A DNA stretch of 64,000 nucleotides from Selaginella moellendorffii (taxonomy: Eukaryota > Plantae > Lycopodiophyta), in NCBI RefSeq assembly GCF_000143415.4, contig NW_003314310.1, positions 347,904 through 411,903 on the forward strand, written 5' to 3'. The position numbers and the translations under genes are program-made. This document shows positions 12,199-23,194 of this stretch, in pieces. The notes beneath the pieces are model-generated. The model searched no databases and was not told the origin of the DNA. It saw only the letters and a list, made by a program, of their open reading frames with translations. Positions within the stretch are counted from its first letter, which is position 1. Every line of letters starts with the position of its first letter.

Positions 12199-13419
12199 CT
12201 TCTCTGCTCGATGTTGTGGTCGAGCCGCCTTCTAACCAACGTCTCTCGCTCTTGAGCGCTGCAAGAATTCTTCGACAAAGCCATTTTGATAGTAGTGCAC
12301 TCGTCACACTTTGAAAAGCTGGAGTACTTTCCTATACTCACATCCCTGAACCTGTTGCTCCACAATCTACTAAATCTAGATTGGCTCAGCTTCCTTTAGC
12401 CATTACTCTGGAGTTCCCGATTCACATCTTCCAATATGGCCCCCTTGGTATACATGGAAGGGAGAACTCGTTGGGTGTTTCGTGTTCCATCTTCCAAGAG
12501 GCGGGTTTTATGTGGTTGCTGCTCGCTACATGTCTCGAAAAACCTCTTCAAGATTGCCTCTCCATATACAACATGACCCTTGGTTTTGTGTGTACCGTTG
12601 TTCCCATGGACTGCCTGTTGAACCCTTTGTTCCTCGAACTCAATTTTGATTCTGTAGAATGTGGTTCGAGGGACTCCATAAATGATTCTCCATGCCTTCA
12701 TGCAGACCAAACCCCTCTGGAAGACCATGCCCCCCACCTGATGTTCTGAAGCATCAACAGATGACCGTAATGCCTCATACACAAAATTGCGAGCTGCCTT
12801 CCAGGACAATGTCTTGTATCTTGCTCTCTCCTCTTCAATAGCATCACAATCAGCATGTTGACAGCACCTCCTCTTGCAACAAGCAACTGTCGAGACCATT
12901 CGAACCTCCATCGCCATTTTCTGCCTTTTCGGTTCGTTGCTCAGATCCCTTTGGCTGCGCTTTAGGAAGGTGTACTTTCTTTTCCCATGAAGAGATGTTC
13001 TGTCATCAGTTTTAGTGGTGTTTGATTGTGAATCCTTCACATTCTCAAACACTAAGTGCCTCAATTTCCACCGCACAATGCTTCCAATAGTCAGACTGTT
13101 TTCTTCTGTGTCAACAACCTCTAAAATCGCAACTCCAATATCATCCCAGCCCAATTCTTGATTAGCAACCGCATCTTTTGGATCGACAACTGTGGCTAAG
13201 CCCTCAGCTACCACCTCCCCCTCGGGGTTGTTTAGAAACACCTCGTTCAATAGCGACCACATTCCCATCGAAGACAGTCTCTACTGATACAGCAGCATTG
13301 CCTTCCCCAAGCCTTTGACAGTGTATAACAAAGTTCCGATCCATAGATACAAGGGACCCTTTTGCAACTCTCTTCCCACCATTCAAAATGTAAACCTTTT
13401 CCCCAACCCTGAAGGCCAT
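12199..13419 (-). pseudogene. Same transposase, N-terminal part
   Basis: Two Tnp1/En-Spm-like repeats (KRVAKG..IH..LG; EVVAEG..ELG), then CCKRRCC, VCMKAWRIIYGV, an in-frame TAA at 12396, and SQSRFSRLW..FSKCDEC. Rejoins 4743 in frame across the TGCAG TSD (..EQRSCRTAYYHNR..). Frameshift near 13260. Confidence 0.8.
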
Positions 13420-16400
13420 TCTGAAAGTGCAGAAAATAAGTTAAGACCATACAAAAAATGATTGGAGAATGGCCTAAATCATAACATACCAAACAACCTC
13501 AATAGCATGAGGCCACATGCCATTATTCAAACATGCTATTGACACCCACGTGAAATTTTGCATTCACAAAATTGGCATGAGGCCTCATGCCATCTTGATA
13601 TACACACAGCTGCAGGCAAGTAAAAACATACATGACAATACGCTAGCCATGAAATTGCAAGGGCCCAAGATGGCATGTGGCCTCATGCCATTTCTAAATG
13701 TGGTCCTAAGCCATTCCATGGTGAACATACCAGGAAGCACAAGTGCCGAATATCAAGAGGAAGCGGTAGCCACACCAAAGACAGTGCCGCTCGCAACACC
13801 GCAACTACTCGTAGCGCCGCTTGCAACACCGCAACTGCTCGTAGCGCCGCTCGCACAAACTGCCACTCGCATAAACTGCCGCCCGCAATGGCGCTCGCAA
13901 TGCCGCAACCGCTCGTAGACGCATAAACCACAGCCCACAACGCCGCTTACACAAGCAGCGCTCACTGCGCTCAGCGGAACCAAGAACACGGCGCACAAAA
14001 ATGATAGACCTAGGAATAAGTTCGAGAATTCAAAAATAACACACACTTGAATGTCACATCAAATCCTCTGACAAACCAGATCTTATGACTCCTCTGACAA
14101 ATTTCAAACTGAGTAGCTTCTAGACTTTGCTGTCGGAGGTTGAACTTTGCCACATCATGTCCTTGCCTCGATCCAGCTGTGCCATGTCAGTGATTCGAAC
14201 TTTGCCATGCCATGTCAGCGATCCGCGCCAAGATTATTCGCCGTGTAAAGGAATAATTATGCTCTGTGTGTACGTCCATTTATGGCAATATAAGGCCACA
14301 CACCATTCAAAGAATAATGCTAGTCGAGCATTTTTTGGTGCATTTTTGGGTTCAAAATTGCATGAGCCCACACGCTATAAAGTTTACCTGTACCAAAAAT
14401 AGAAACAGCTTTATTTACTTGGGAATTTAAGTGGTTGAGGCATTTTTAAACTTACAAACACATGCCCTACTTACATTCCTTTGGTTGCTTAAAATTCAAA
14501 AATATTATAAAACTTTCTTTTTGCATTTTCAATGTTTTCAATTATGGTTTTTGAAATCTATTTGCATCCCATCATGTTTATAGCTAGCTTTCGTTTGTCC
14601 CCTTCGCTAGCCTGAGATACATCTGCTCGGCATCTGCCTCTTACAGCATTTGCCTAGAAAGGGCATCTTTCTTCAAGCAGCATTTGCCACATGTTTAGGG
14701 TTTAGGGTTTAGCAATTCAGTAGCTTGATAAACATGCAAATACAGAACTTGATGCAAAATCCTTTGATATGTCACAATGCCCCTAGGACCATAAACACAT
14801 TTCAATAGAGAGGGTCCTTTCATTTCATAACTCCTTACGTAGATCTTGGTGAAACCAGAGTTAGTGAAGTTAGTTTCTTGTGATCCCGCATCTGATTATG
14901 ATGTCCCTTTGCAGTGTCGATGGAAAGGTCAATGCACACCAAACTGTAAAATCTTGGAGCAAAATAACGGTCGGATCTATGGCAAATGCCCCTGAAACAT
15001 TGTAAGGCTCGTGTGGTCTCATGTGGTGTCCGATCGAGATGCTTCTTTGCAGGGTCATCAAGAAAGACATTGTATACCATTCTGTAAAATCTAGTTGCGA
15101 TCTAACAGTTGGACAGTTCGGGACGACATCCCGACATAGCGAAGTGTCCACGGTGGATGGACGTGGAAGACACTATGGGCGCATTTTTGGATCTAGTGAT
15201 AGGGAAGTGCTGTCACAAAGGGGGCCAGTGGCGGATGGCCGAGTTGGTTTGCTTGCGGAGGGGATCCCACATGGTTCTTGCTTCAGGGCTAGTCCTTTGA
15301 GGAGGTTCGCGGAGGCTTACAAGTCTTGTGATTGTCGCGATGCCGGCAACGGGGGCTCGTATATCATTGAAGGGGGCCAGCGCACTTGTCTAGTGTGGGA
15401 GGCAAGGTAGCACGCTCTAGTCTAGAGCTGGAGGAGGCTCACACCTTGCTTGTTCTACGCCTTGGAGTTTGTTTGCAATAGGCACCGACTTAGTGCTGGA
15501 AGTACACTGGGGAGCTTGTGCAGTGGAATCACCTTGGAGGCGAGTGACCCATGAGCGACGCCGGGTCATCGTGCTCAAGTTGGACTGCTTGGCTGCGACG
15601 ACATCGAGCTAGATCGACATGGTGTTCGTCCGGCTTGACATCATTGTGACCGAGTGGAGGAGTGGCGAGGCGAAGCAGGTGGCTTCAAGCTCCGCGGTGG
15701 AGTCACCTGGGAGGTGGACGGCCCAAGAGCAGCGCCGGGTGTTCGCGCTCATAGTTTCACTAGTTTCTTCGAGAGTGCGCTCTCAATGTTGTTTTGATCC
15801 CTTTGGGATTGGGGTAATGTACATATATGTTTAGCGATCTAACGGTTGGATCTCCAGAAAACTAAAAACAATCTCGCGCGTGTCAGAATATCCTAGGATG
15901 TCTCATGTGGTGTCCGATCGAGATGCTTCTTTGCAGGGTCATCAAGAAAGACATTGTATACCATTCTGTAAAATCTAGTTGCGATCTAACGGTTGGATCT
16001 CCAGAAAACTCAAAACAATCTCGCGCGTGTCAGAATATCCTAGGAATATACTCCTATGTGCCCCTAAAAATGGCATGCGGCCCCACGCCATTCAAGAGAT
16101 AACGCTAGATGACGCCGAGAATTTTTTGGTGCATTTTTTGGGTTCAAAATTGCATGAGCCCACACGCTATAAAGTTTATCTTTGCCAAATAGAGAAAAGT
16201 TTATCTGTGTCATGTGAGGTAGTTACAGTCCTTTGTGCTCGGCATCTGCCTCTTGCAGCATTTGCACTGAAAGGGAATTTTTCTCCATTCAGCATTTGGC
16301 CCTAAAAATGGCATGCGCCCACACGCCATTCAAGGAATAACGCCACAGGACGCCTGGATTTTTGGGTTTAAAATGTTTAGGGTTTTTTGGGTTTTTTCAA

Positions 16401-17176
16401 AATATTTTGGGTCCAACATTTTTTGGGTTTCTTTGGTTCAAAATTGCATGAGCCCACACGCTATAATATTGATTTGAGAGAAAAATAGAAACAGATAGAA
16501 TTTCTTTATTTAGCTGAACATCTGCCATTTTTGGCAATACAAGATACTTTGAAATATCCAATCATGCATGGTATAAATATAGCGAGGGTATTAAATGATA
16601 TCCCAATCATGATCTTTCTTTTAGATTTTGCGTGCATGCAGTCCGAGGAATGATGACGTTGTGGATTTCTTTTGGATTTTGCGTGCTTGCATGCGCGCGG
16701 CAATCCAGAAATTAATGGTGGCACCCAAGTCCGAGGAATGATGACGTGGCGGGATTACCAACCGTTGTGACATTTCGCGCGTGTGAGGTTAGGTTTTGCA
16801 ATTTGCTTCGTACTCGCGCTCGCACACTCGCGCTCGCGCTCGCATCACACTCGCGCTCCCGCTCGCATCGCGCTCCCACTCGCGATCACGCTCACTTCTC
16901 TATAGGTTTCTCGTGTGCATCGGCGTCCACTCGCGCTCGCATCGCACTCGTATGCATCGGCGTCCACTTCAAGACACACCCAGTTTGTAACTTCGCCGCC
17001 AACTCCGCCGCCCACTCCGCCACCCACACGCAGCCCACTTGGCGTCCCGGGAGATTTCAGCGCCACTCTCCAACTGTAAGTGGCAGAGTAGCCTTGCTGC
17101 TACGATCCGCTGCACACACAGTGCACATTCGCCAGCGAGTCCGGCCTCGATTGTCACGGCCTCCATTCGGATTCAA

Positions 17177-20100
17177 ATGGTAAGTCTTTTAGGCCAAGTA
17201 GAAAATGGCATGAAGCCACAAGCCATTCAGTAGCAACATTGGCATGCACCGATTGGGCTCTCGAGTGCAGTCCGGTTGCAGATGGCGTGTAGCCTCACGC
17301 CATCTTAGGATGCAGCCTCAAGACATCTAATGCAGTGGTGAATGGCGTGTGGCCTCACGTTATTTCCAGCTGCTAGCTTTTCATCTATCAGCTCTAATTG
17401 TTGTGCATTTCTGAACAGGCGAGGAATTGCGTTCTTCTTCCAGCCACTGTCAATGTGGATGCAGAGAAGGGGGAGGAGCTCACCAATTGGACTTTCGGGA
17501 TGGAAGGCGAGGATCTGATGCTGTACAACACAGATGGTGGGAGAAAAGAATGCATGGGGATCCTCATCCAAGTGACAGACACTCCATGCAGTTCCATGCA
17601 AGAATATGGACTGGCACTTGTGGTAGAGACAGCGTCTGCCTTCAAGATCCACCTTGCACATCCTAGCGGCTTCCCGGAGGGGGGCAGCGGCTATGAGGAA
17701 TTCCTAGAGGGAGCTAGGGAGAGGTTGTCCAGGAGGCCCACAATTTCAAAGACGTTGCGGGTCTATGAAGATCACATGGAATCCACGGACCTCACCTACG
17801 GCGATGTTCAAAAACTATATTCCAACATTGAGCCGTTGAGAGTGCCTCCAGTTCGCGAAGCGAAGGGGAAGGGGGTCGATCTGGAAACTACCCCGAAGCA
17901 GAAAAGGGTGGTCAAGCTCAAGCCGACGTCCGACTCTGCTGCTCCAAAAAAGAAGCTACTCGGTGATGCCATTGCCTCGGGTTCGAACACTACACCCACC
18001 AAAAAGAAGAGCCGCAAAGAGCAGAAAGAGCAAGAAGAGGCAGCAAAAATCGTCGCAGATAATAGTACTTGTTACTATTCCAACAAAGTATATACAATCG
18101 ACGTGAGCCGTATCGACATCCAAAGCAAATACAACCACAGGCTAGTATCTGATGAGTGGTTGGAGAAACTGAAGCAGAAGATGCTGGCAAGTCCAGTAAC
18201 ACCTGACATCGCAGACGTGATCCCCTACTACCAAACAATGAAGGGCAAGACGAGGTTTCCAAACTTGATCAATAGGAAGGTGTTGGACGATCAGAACATC
18301 CGGTTCTATGCCGTCTCCGGGCAGCATTCTAGCTTGGCGATGCAAGAGATAGTTCTGGATATTATGGTGGGCGAGGAGGTGAAGAAAGTCTTCAAGACAA
18401 GAGTTGTCCGCCTGATAAAAGGCAACTCGCCCCTCCGATCTATCATATCCATCTCCCACGCGCAGAATGTCAAGCAAGAAACGTGCTACAAATCGGGTCT
18501 GCACGAGACATTGGCACGAACACGGAAGCTCTGGGTTCAACTGAAGAAACCACAAAAACCAGGACAAGGACGTGCACTAGCAACTAGCGCCTGGCAGGTA
18601 AGCCTTGTTGCATGTGGCATAGCATGTGGCCTCACGCCATTTCCATTGCAGGAATTCTCGAGTCTTCTCTCGAAAACACTGGGGGTCAATGACACACTCA
18701 GCATCCATAACATTCTACTCGCGACAAAAGTTGTTTTTGACAAATGGGTAGATGTGTTGAGGAGGTACCATGACGGGGAGTTGCTAAACTCAATGGGTGT
18801 GGAGGACGGCCGGAAGCCCAATGATTTGAAGCTCAACGCCTTGCGTTTCTCGCGGTCTCTAGACGACGACGACCTTCTGACAGTGGCTAATGCTCTTCTA
18901 CGTGGTGAGGTAGTCTTCAACAAGACCAAAATGACTCCCGGCCATATTGTGACATACGAGGACTTGTGCACAACTCTGAGAGCTCGTGCGCTATTGAAGG
19001 ATTGGATCTTCAAGCAAGTGGCCGTGGAGAGGGTGAGCATCGACACCACGCAAGAGATGATGGAAGAGCTGGACTTGTCAAATGAAGACATCGACGAGTA
19101 CGTGAAGGGGGCCCCCAAGTTCATCGATCTGCTGCGGGATGCCACGAAAAGTAAAGCTGAGAAGTTGGATCAGTATCCAAATTTCATTAAGAGGGATGTC
19201 GACCACCGGCTTCAGAAACAGCTCGACCCCGCAACAGAGGCCTATCGAGAACCTTACCGGGTATACGTGAATTCGGATGAGGATCAAAGGTGGAGGAGCA
19301 TCGTTTCCCGCGGAGATGAGCAGGTCAAGAACATCTTTTGTGTGATGGACTTCACAAACGAAGAGATCACTCATGCAGACGAAGTCAGCTCCATCATTGA
19401 CTTAATGGTGGGACTTGCGGAGGTGGAATCCTCAGTCCACTATATGATCTACGACTCCGAATCCTATCACAAGTTCTGGAAGGCCTTGAACGAGGTGAAG
19501 GTTCGGTTGAAAAGCAAGGAGATGCGGGAGATCCATGGGATAATGGCTAAGAAGAAGATACCGACGAATGTCCGCATCTTCACACTCACCCTTGTTATTG
19601 GTCCTGCAGCAGAGTGGGACTGGAGTGACTTCCCAGCTTTGTTCGACAAGGCCGATCGAATTGATCTGAGGGAGGTCAATTTACCCGTGCATGAGGAACT
19701 GAAGACGGCTATGGAGCTTTCGAATCCAAAGAAAGCTCCAGGTGCAGCATGGGAAATGCTCAGCTGGGTCTTCAACGCAATAGCGGGTGACACCAAGGGC
19801 AAATGCGTTGTCGAGTACAACTGCGGCGGACTATTCTTTCGAGCCGCACTACTCAAGGGTGTCCCGTGTGTTGTGGTGACAAACTCCATTGAAGAGGTGA
19901 CTTCAATGGAGCATATAATTACAGTTGCCAAAGAAAAACAGTATCTTCTCTGCGAACCTGGTGAGTACGCACTTTAAGTTTAAATGTTATCTCACAAGCT
20001 CTGTATGCAGGAGTGTGGCCACCCCCAGATGCTGAAATGGCGTTAACAGCTACTGATGTTAGGCCGAGCTCACAACCTGCACAAGGTAAGGTCACGTGAG

Positions 20101-21013
20101 GCCTCACGCCATTTTGATTATAGATCGTTGTGAATATTCAGACACGAGGACTGAAAAGCGCACTGGTGGCGCGTCGAAGAAGGACAAACAGACAAGCAAT
20201 AGGAAAAAAAGAGGTACAAATTATATTTGCAATGGCGTGTGGTCTCATGCCATTCCTTGCAGGAGACACTTCTTCAAAGGCAAAACAGGCAAGCACCAGC
20301 CAAGCTCAAACTGACAGTGGTCATAAAAAGCGAAAGCACGTTGGACAGTCGTCGGGATCAGAGGCGTTTGATTCGAAAAGGAAGAAGGGCAACGAAAAGA
20401 TGATAGGTAATGCCTCACAGTTATGGCGTGTGTGCTCATGCCATTCATTGCAGATCAAGGGCTGAGTGAAAGGAGCCAGTCACCACCTCCTGACTCAGAT
20501 TCCTATGGCAGACTCCCCTTCCCCAATCTCAATGGAGAGGTACAATGGATGAGGGATGCTTTTCAAGTCAGGGCCACGTTTTTCTCATCTCATCGTCTTC
20601 AAAGGGTGCAAGAACGTGTAGAAACCATGTTAAGACAGTTGGGTGAGGATACGGTCCTAGGTCAAGCACTGAAACAGGCTATGGATGTCTTGTATTTTGA
20701 GATGGAGACTCGGCCAGATGATTTTCCCAAGATGGTCCTGGAAAAACAAGCCATCCAGCCTGAGCAGCCTATGGAAGAAATGCAAGAGGGGGATGAGGAG
20801 CCAGAGAAAGATAATGAGCAGGAAGAGCAGAAGGACGAAGAGGAGGACAAAGAAGAGGAGGACGAAGAAGAGGAGGACGAAGAGGACTTGGATGGTCCTC
20901 ACAATGGTGACGATCACAATAACGACGATGACGATGATGACGACGATGGCCAGCCTGAGGTGGCCAAAGAGCAGCAGAGGAAGGTCATACAAGACAAACC
21001 ATCAGCTAAATAA
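17177..21013 (+). CDS. Transposon cargo gene 1: large spliced protein with a ParB/Srx-like region, a degenerate N4/N6 DNA-methyltransferase-like region and an acidic tail
   Basis: Exons (GT-AG, phase-consistent): 17177-17179, 17419-18597, 18652-19960, 20011-20085, 20142-20213, 20263-~20406, ~20453-21013; 859-aa open frame. Motifs NHRLVSDEWLEKLKQKM..FYAVSGQHSSLA (ParB-like) and GKCVVEYNCGGLFFRAALLKGVPCVVV (MTase motif-I-like). Domain calls are by eye. Confidence 0.7.
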
Positions 21014-21235
21014 TAGTACATCCATTCCTAACCTTTTACCATTTCTAACATTGTCCATGTAGGTCGCAGAAGAAATGGTAAGTAGAGATTATTCAGTTGA
21101 ATTAAGATACAAACTCTAGCCTTTAGTGTCGAGGAAGGATAGTGCCAAGCAAGGGTCGAAACGTATGTCCAATCCTTCAGAATCAGCAGTGCGCCCAATA
21201 GCAGTTGATGGTAAATACAGTATAGTTGATTCAAT

Positions 21236-22754
21236 GTGCTAATGAGTTTGTTTTTAGTAGCCAGTAGGGAGGATACCATCTCAATCGAAGGGAGATATTT
21301 GGACATGCATATGGATCCGCCAGTGGACTCTACTTGCCTGCAAGAGTCATCAGAGCTGGTGGAGGCTACTATCCATATCAACGCCAAGCAAGCTGACCAC
21401 GCTCCACTTGATGCTGCCCATACCACTGAGTCAATCTTGTCCACGTATCCAACTGACGGTGACCAGGCGCCATTGGACCCGCATGAGGCCGCCCCAACCG
21501 CCAAGCCGGTCGTATCCTCATTTCCAACGGACTCAACGTGTGCCCAATCGTCTGACTACGCGTCGTTGGAACCTCCCTACACCGCCCTTGCTGCCTGTTC
21601 GGTCATGTCCACTTTGCCAACGGAGGCACCAGCTGAAATGGCGTGTGATCACACGCCATCGGAACCACCCCATGCCACTGTTGAGCCAGTTGTACCAGAG
21701 TCTACAGCTGAAATGGCATGTGCCCACACGCCATCGGATGCGATTGACCCCACATTGCAGAGGAGAGTATTTCCGCCCTTCACGTTTCCTCGACCAAAAC
21801 CCTCTGAACGACCATTGGGAGCACCATTCGCTAATATTGTAGATGGTAAATTGACTTGTACCATTTTTTATGCTGACGCATTTCATTTCAGAGTCACGGC
21901 GAAAGTACTGTATCGTTTTTGATCTGAACGGTGTCCTTTTCTCCCATGAGTGTGGCTCGTCCTCGAATGTCACTGCACCCTCCAAAGCCTGCGGTCGCAA
22001 GTTGGTCAAAAGAGACAGATTCACATTAATCACACGGGAGAAACTGCGGGATCTAATAATGACCATGCGACACTTAATGCAGAGGGCCGGGTTCAATTTG
22101 CAATTGGGAGTTTGGACATCCATGATGTGCCACAATGCATTAACGTTGCTACAGATGATGCACGATCAGACGCGAGTAATATTACCATTTGACTTTCTCC
22201 TAACGCAGGAGGATTGCTTGACTATGGTCCATGTGAGGGGTAGCAAGCCCATCTTCGTTAAGCCAGAGGCTGTAGTGATGAACCGGACTGCTAGGTCAAG
22301 TGAAATCCTCATCATCGATGACTCGCCGATTAAAACTGCAACGAACACGCACACATATGCAGTGCACCCCATCTCTTGCAGTATGGAAACTAGGGAGAAG
22401 AAACCGTATGTTCTGGGGGACCTTGCAAAACGGCTTGAAGCGATGGTGATAGAGAACCGGCCAGTCCAGGAGGTGGCTGCAGAAATCAACCAAATGGCAG
22501 ATGGAACGGTATATCAGAAGCCATTTGATCGGACAGACACCAGTCATCATTTATGCCATGTATATTGTCTAGCCAAGCACTATCCGCATCTCCATAATCT
22601 GCTCAACTGGATGGGTTCTTCGACCACTGAACATGAGCGTGGACGTATTAGAGAAGAGATGGCATTACTATTGGGTTTAAATCCTGATAGTGTGGAGAGT
22701 GATGAAATTCCAAGATTATTGTATAGGCGTTGGAGGCAAAAAATAACAGTCTGA
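21236..22754 (+). CDS. Transposon cargo gene 2: FCP1/NIF-like HAD phosphatase domain after a Pro/Thr/Ala-rich linker (start uncertain)
   Basis: ORFs 21236-21922 and 21870-22754 join through intron 21846-21891. Motifs CIVFDLNGVL, LGVWTSMM, LLTQEDC, KPIFVK, ILIIDDSPIK are typical of the NIF/FCP1-homology family. Confidence 0.75.
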
Positions 22755-23172
22755 GATGGCATGTATTTATTTAAAAATGTAACTTATTATGGCATGGGGT
22801 TCCATGCCATTGTATTAATATTAAAAGACAATTCTTTGAGAGGATTTGCATTATACTAGAAGTGTTACAGCATGTTATTGGAAGTCTACGAAGTTGTTTT
22901 ATTAATAAGGGGAAAGTAAAGATTGAATGGGGACTTGGGCACCACCTAGACTCGGAGCAACTAAGTCAATATTAAAAGGATGGAAAGAAATTGGACGACG
23001 ATGACAAGGAGAAGAGAGAGGTGAAGCAGTGGCAGGGGGAGGAGAAGTGATTGAGTAGACATTTCCTTGTTTAAAATAAAATGGCATGTGCCTCAATGCA
23101 GTTGAATTTTGTTATATTTATATACTATATAAAGGTTTGGAAACCTTATTTTACAAGTGGGATAATGACAAT

Positions 23173-23194
23173 TCCCACTTTAACGAAATAGAGC
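23173..23194 (-). repeat. Right terminal inverted repeat
   Basis: TCCCACTTTAACGAAATAGAGC, exact reverse complement of 1837-1858. Confidence 0.92.

Noticed and set aside
14694-14712. Interstitial telomere
   Set aside because: Fewer than three repeats; telo-box scale only.
13500-17365. CRISPR-like reading of the recurring palindrome
   Set aside because: Irregular spacing over 14 kb, eukaryotic context, no cas genes.
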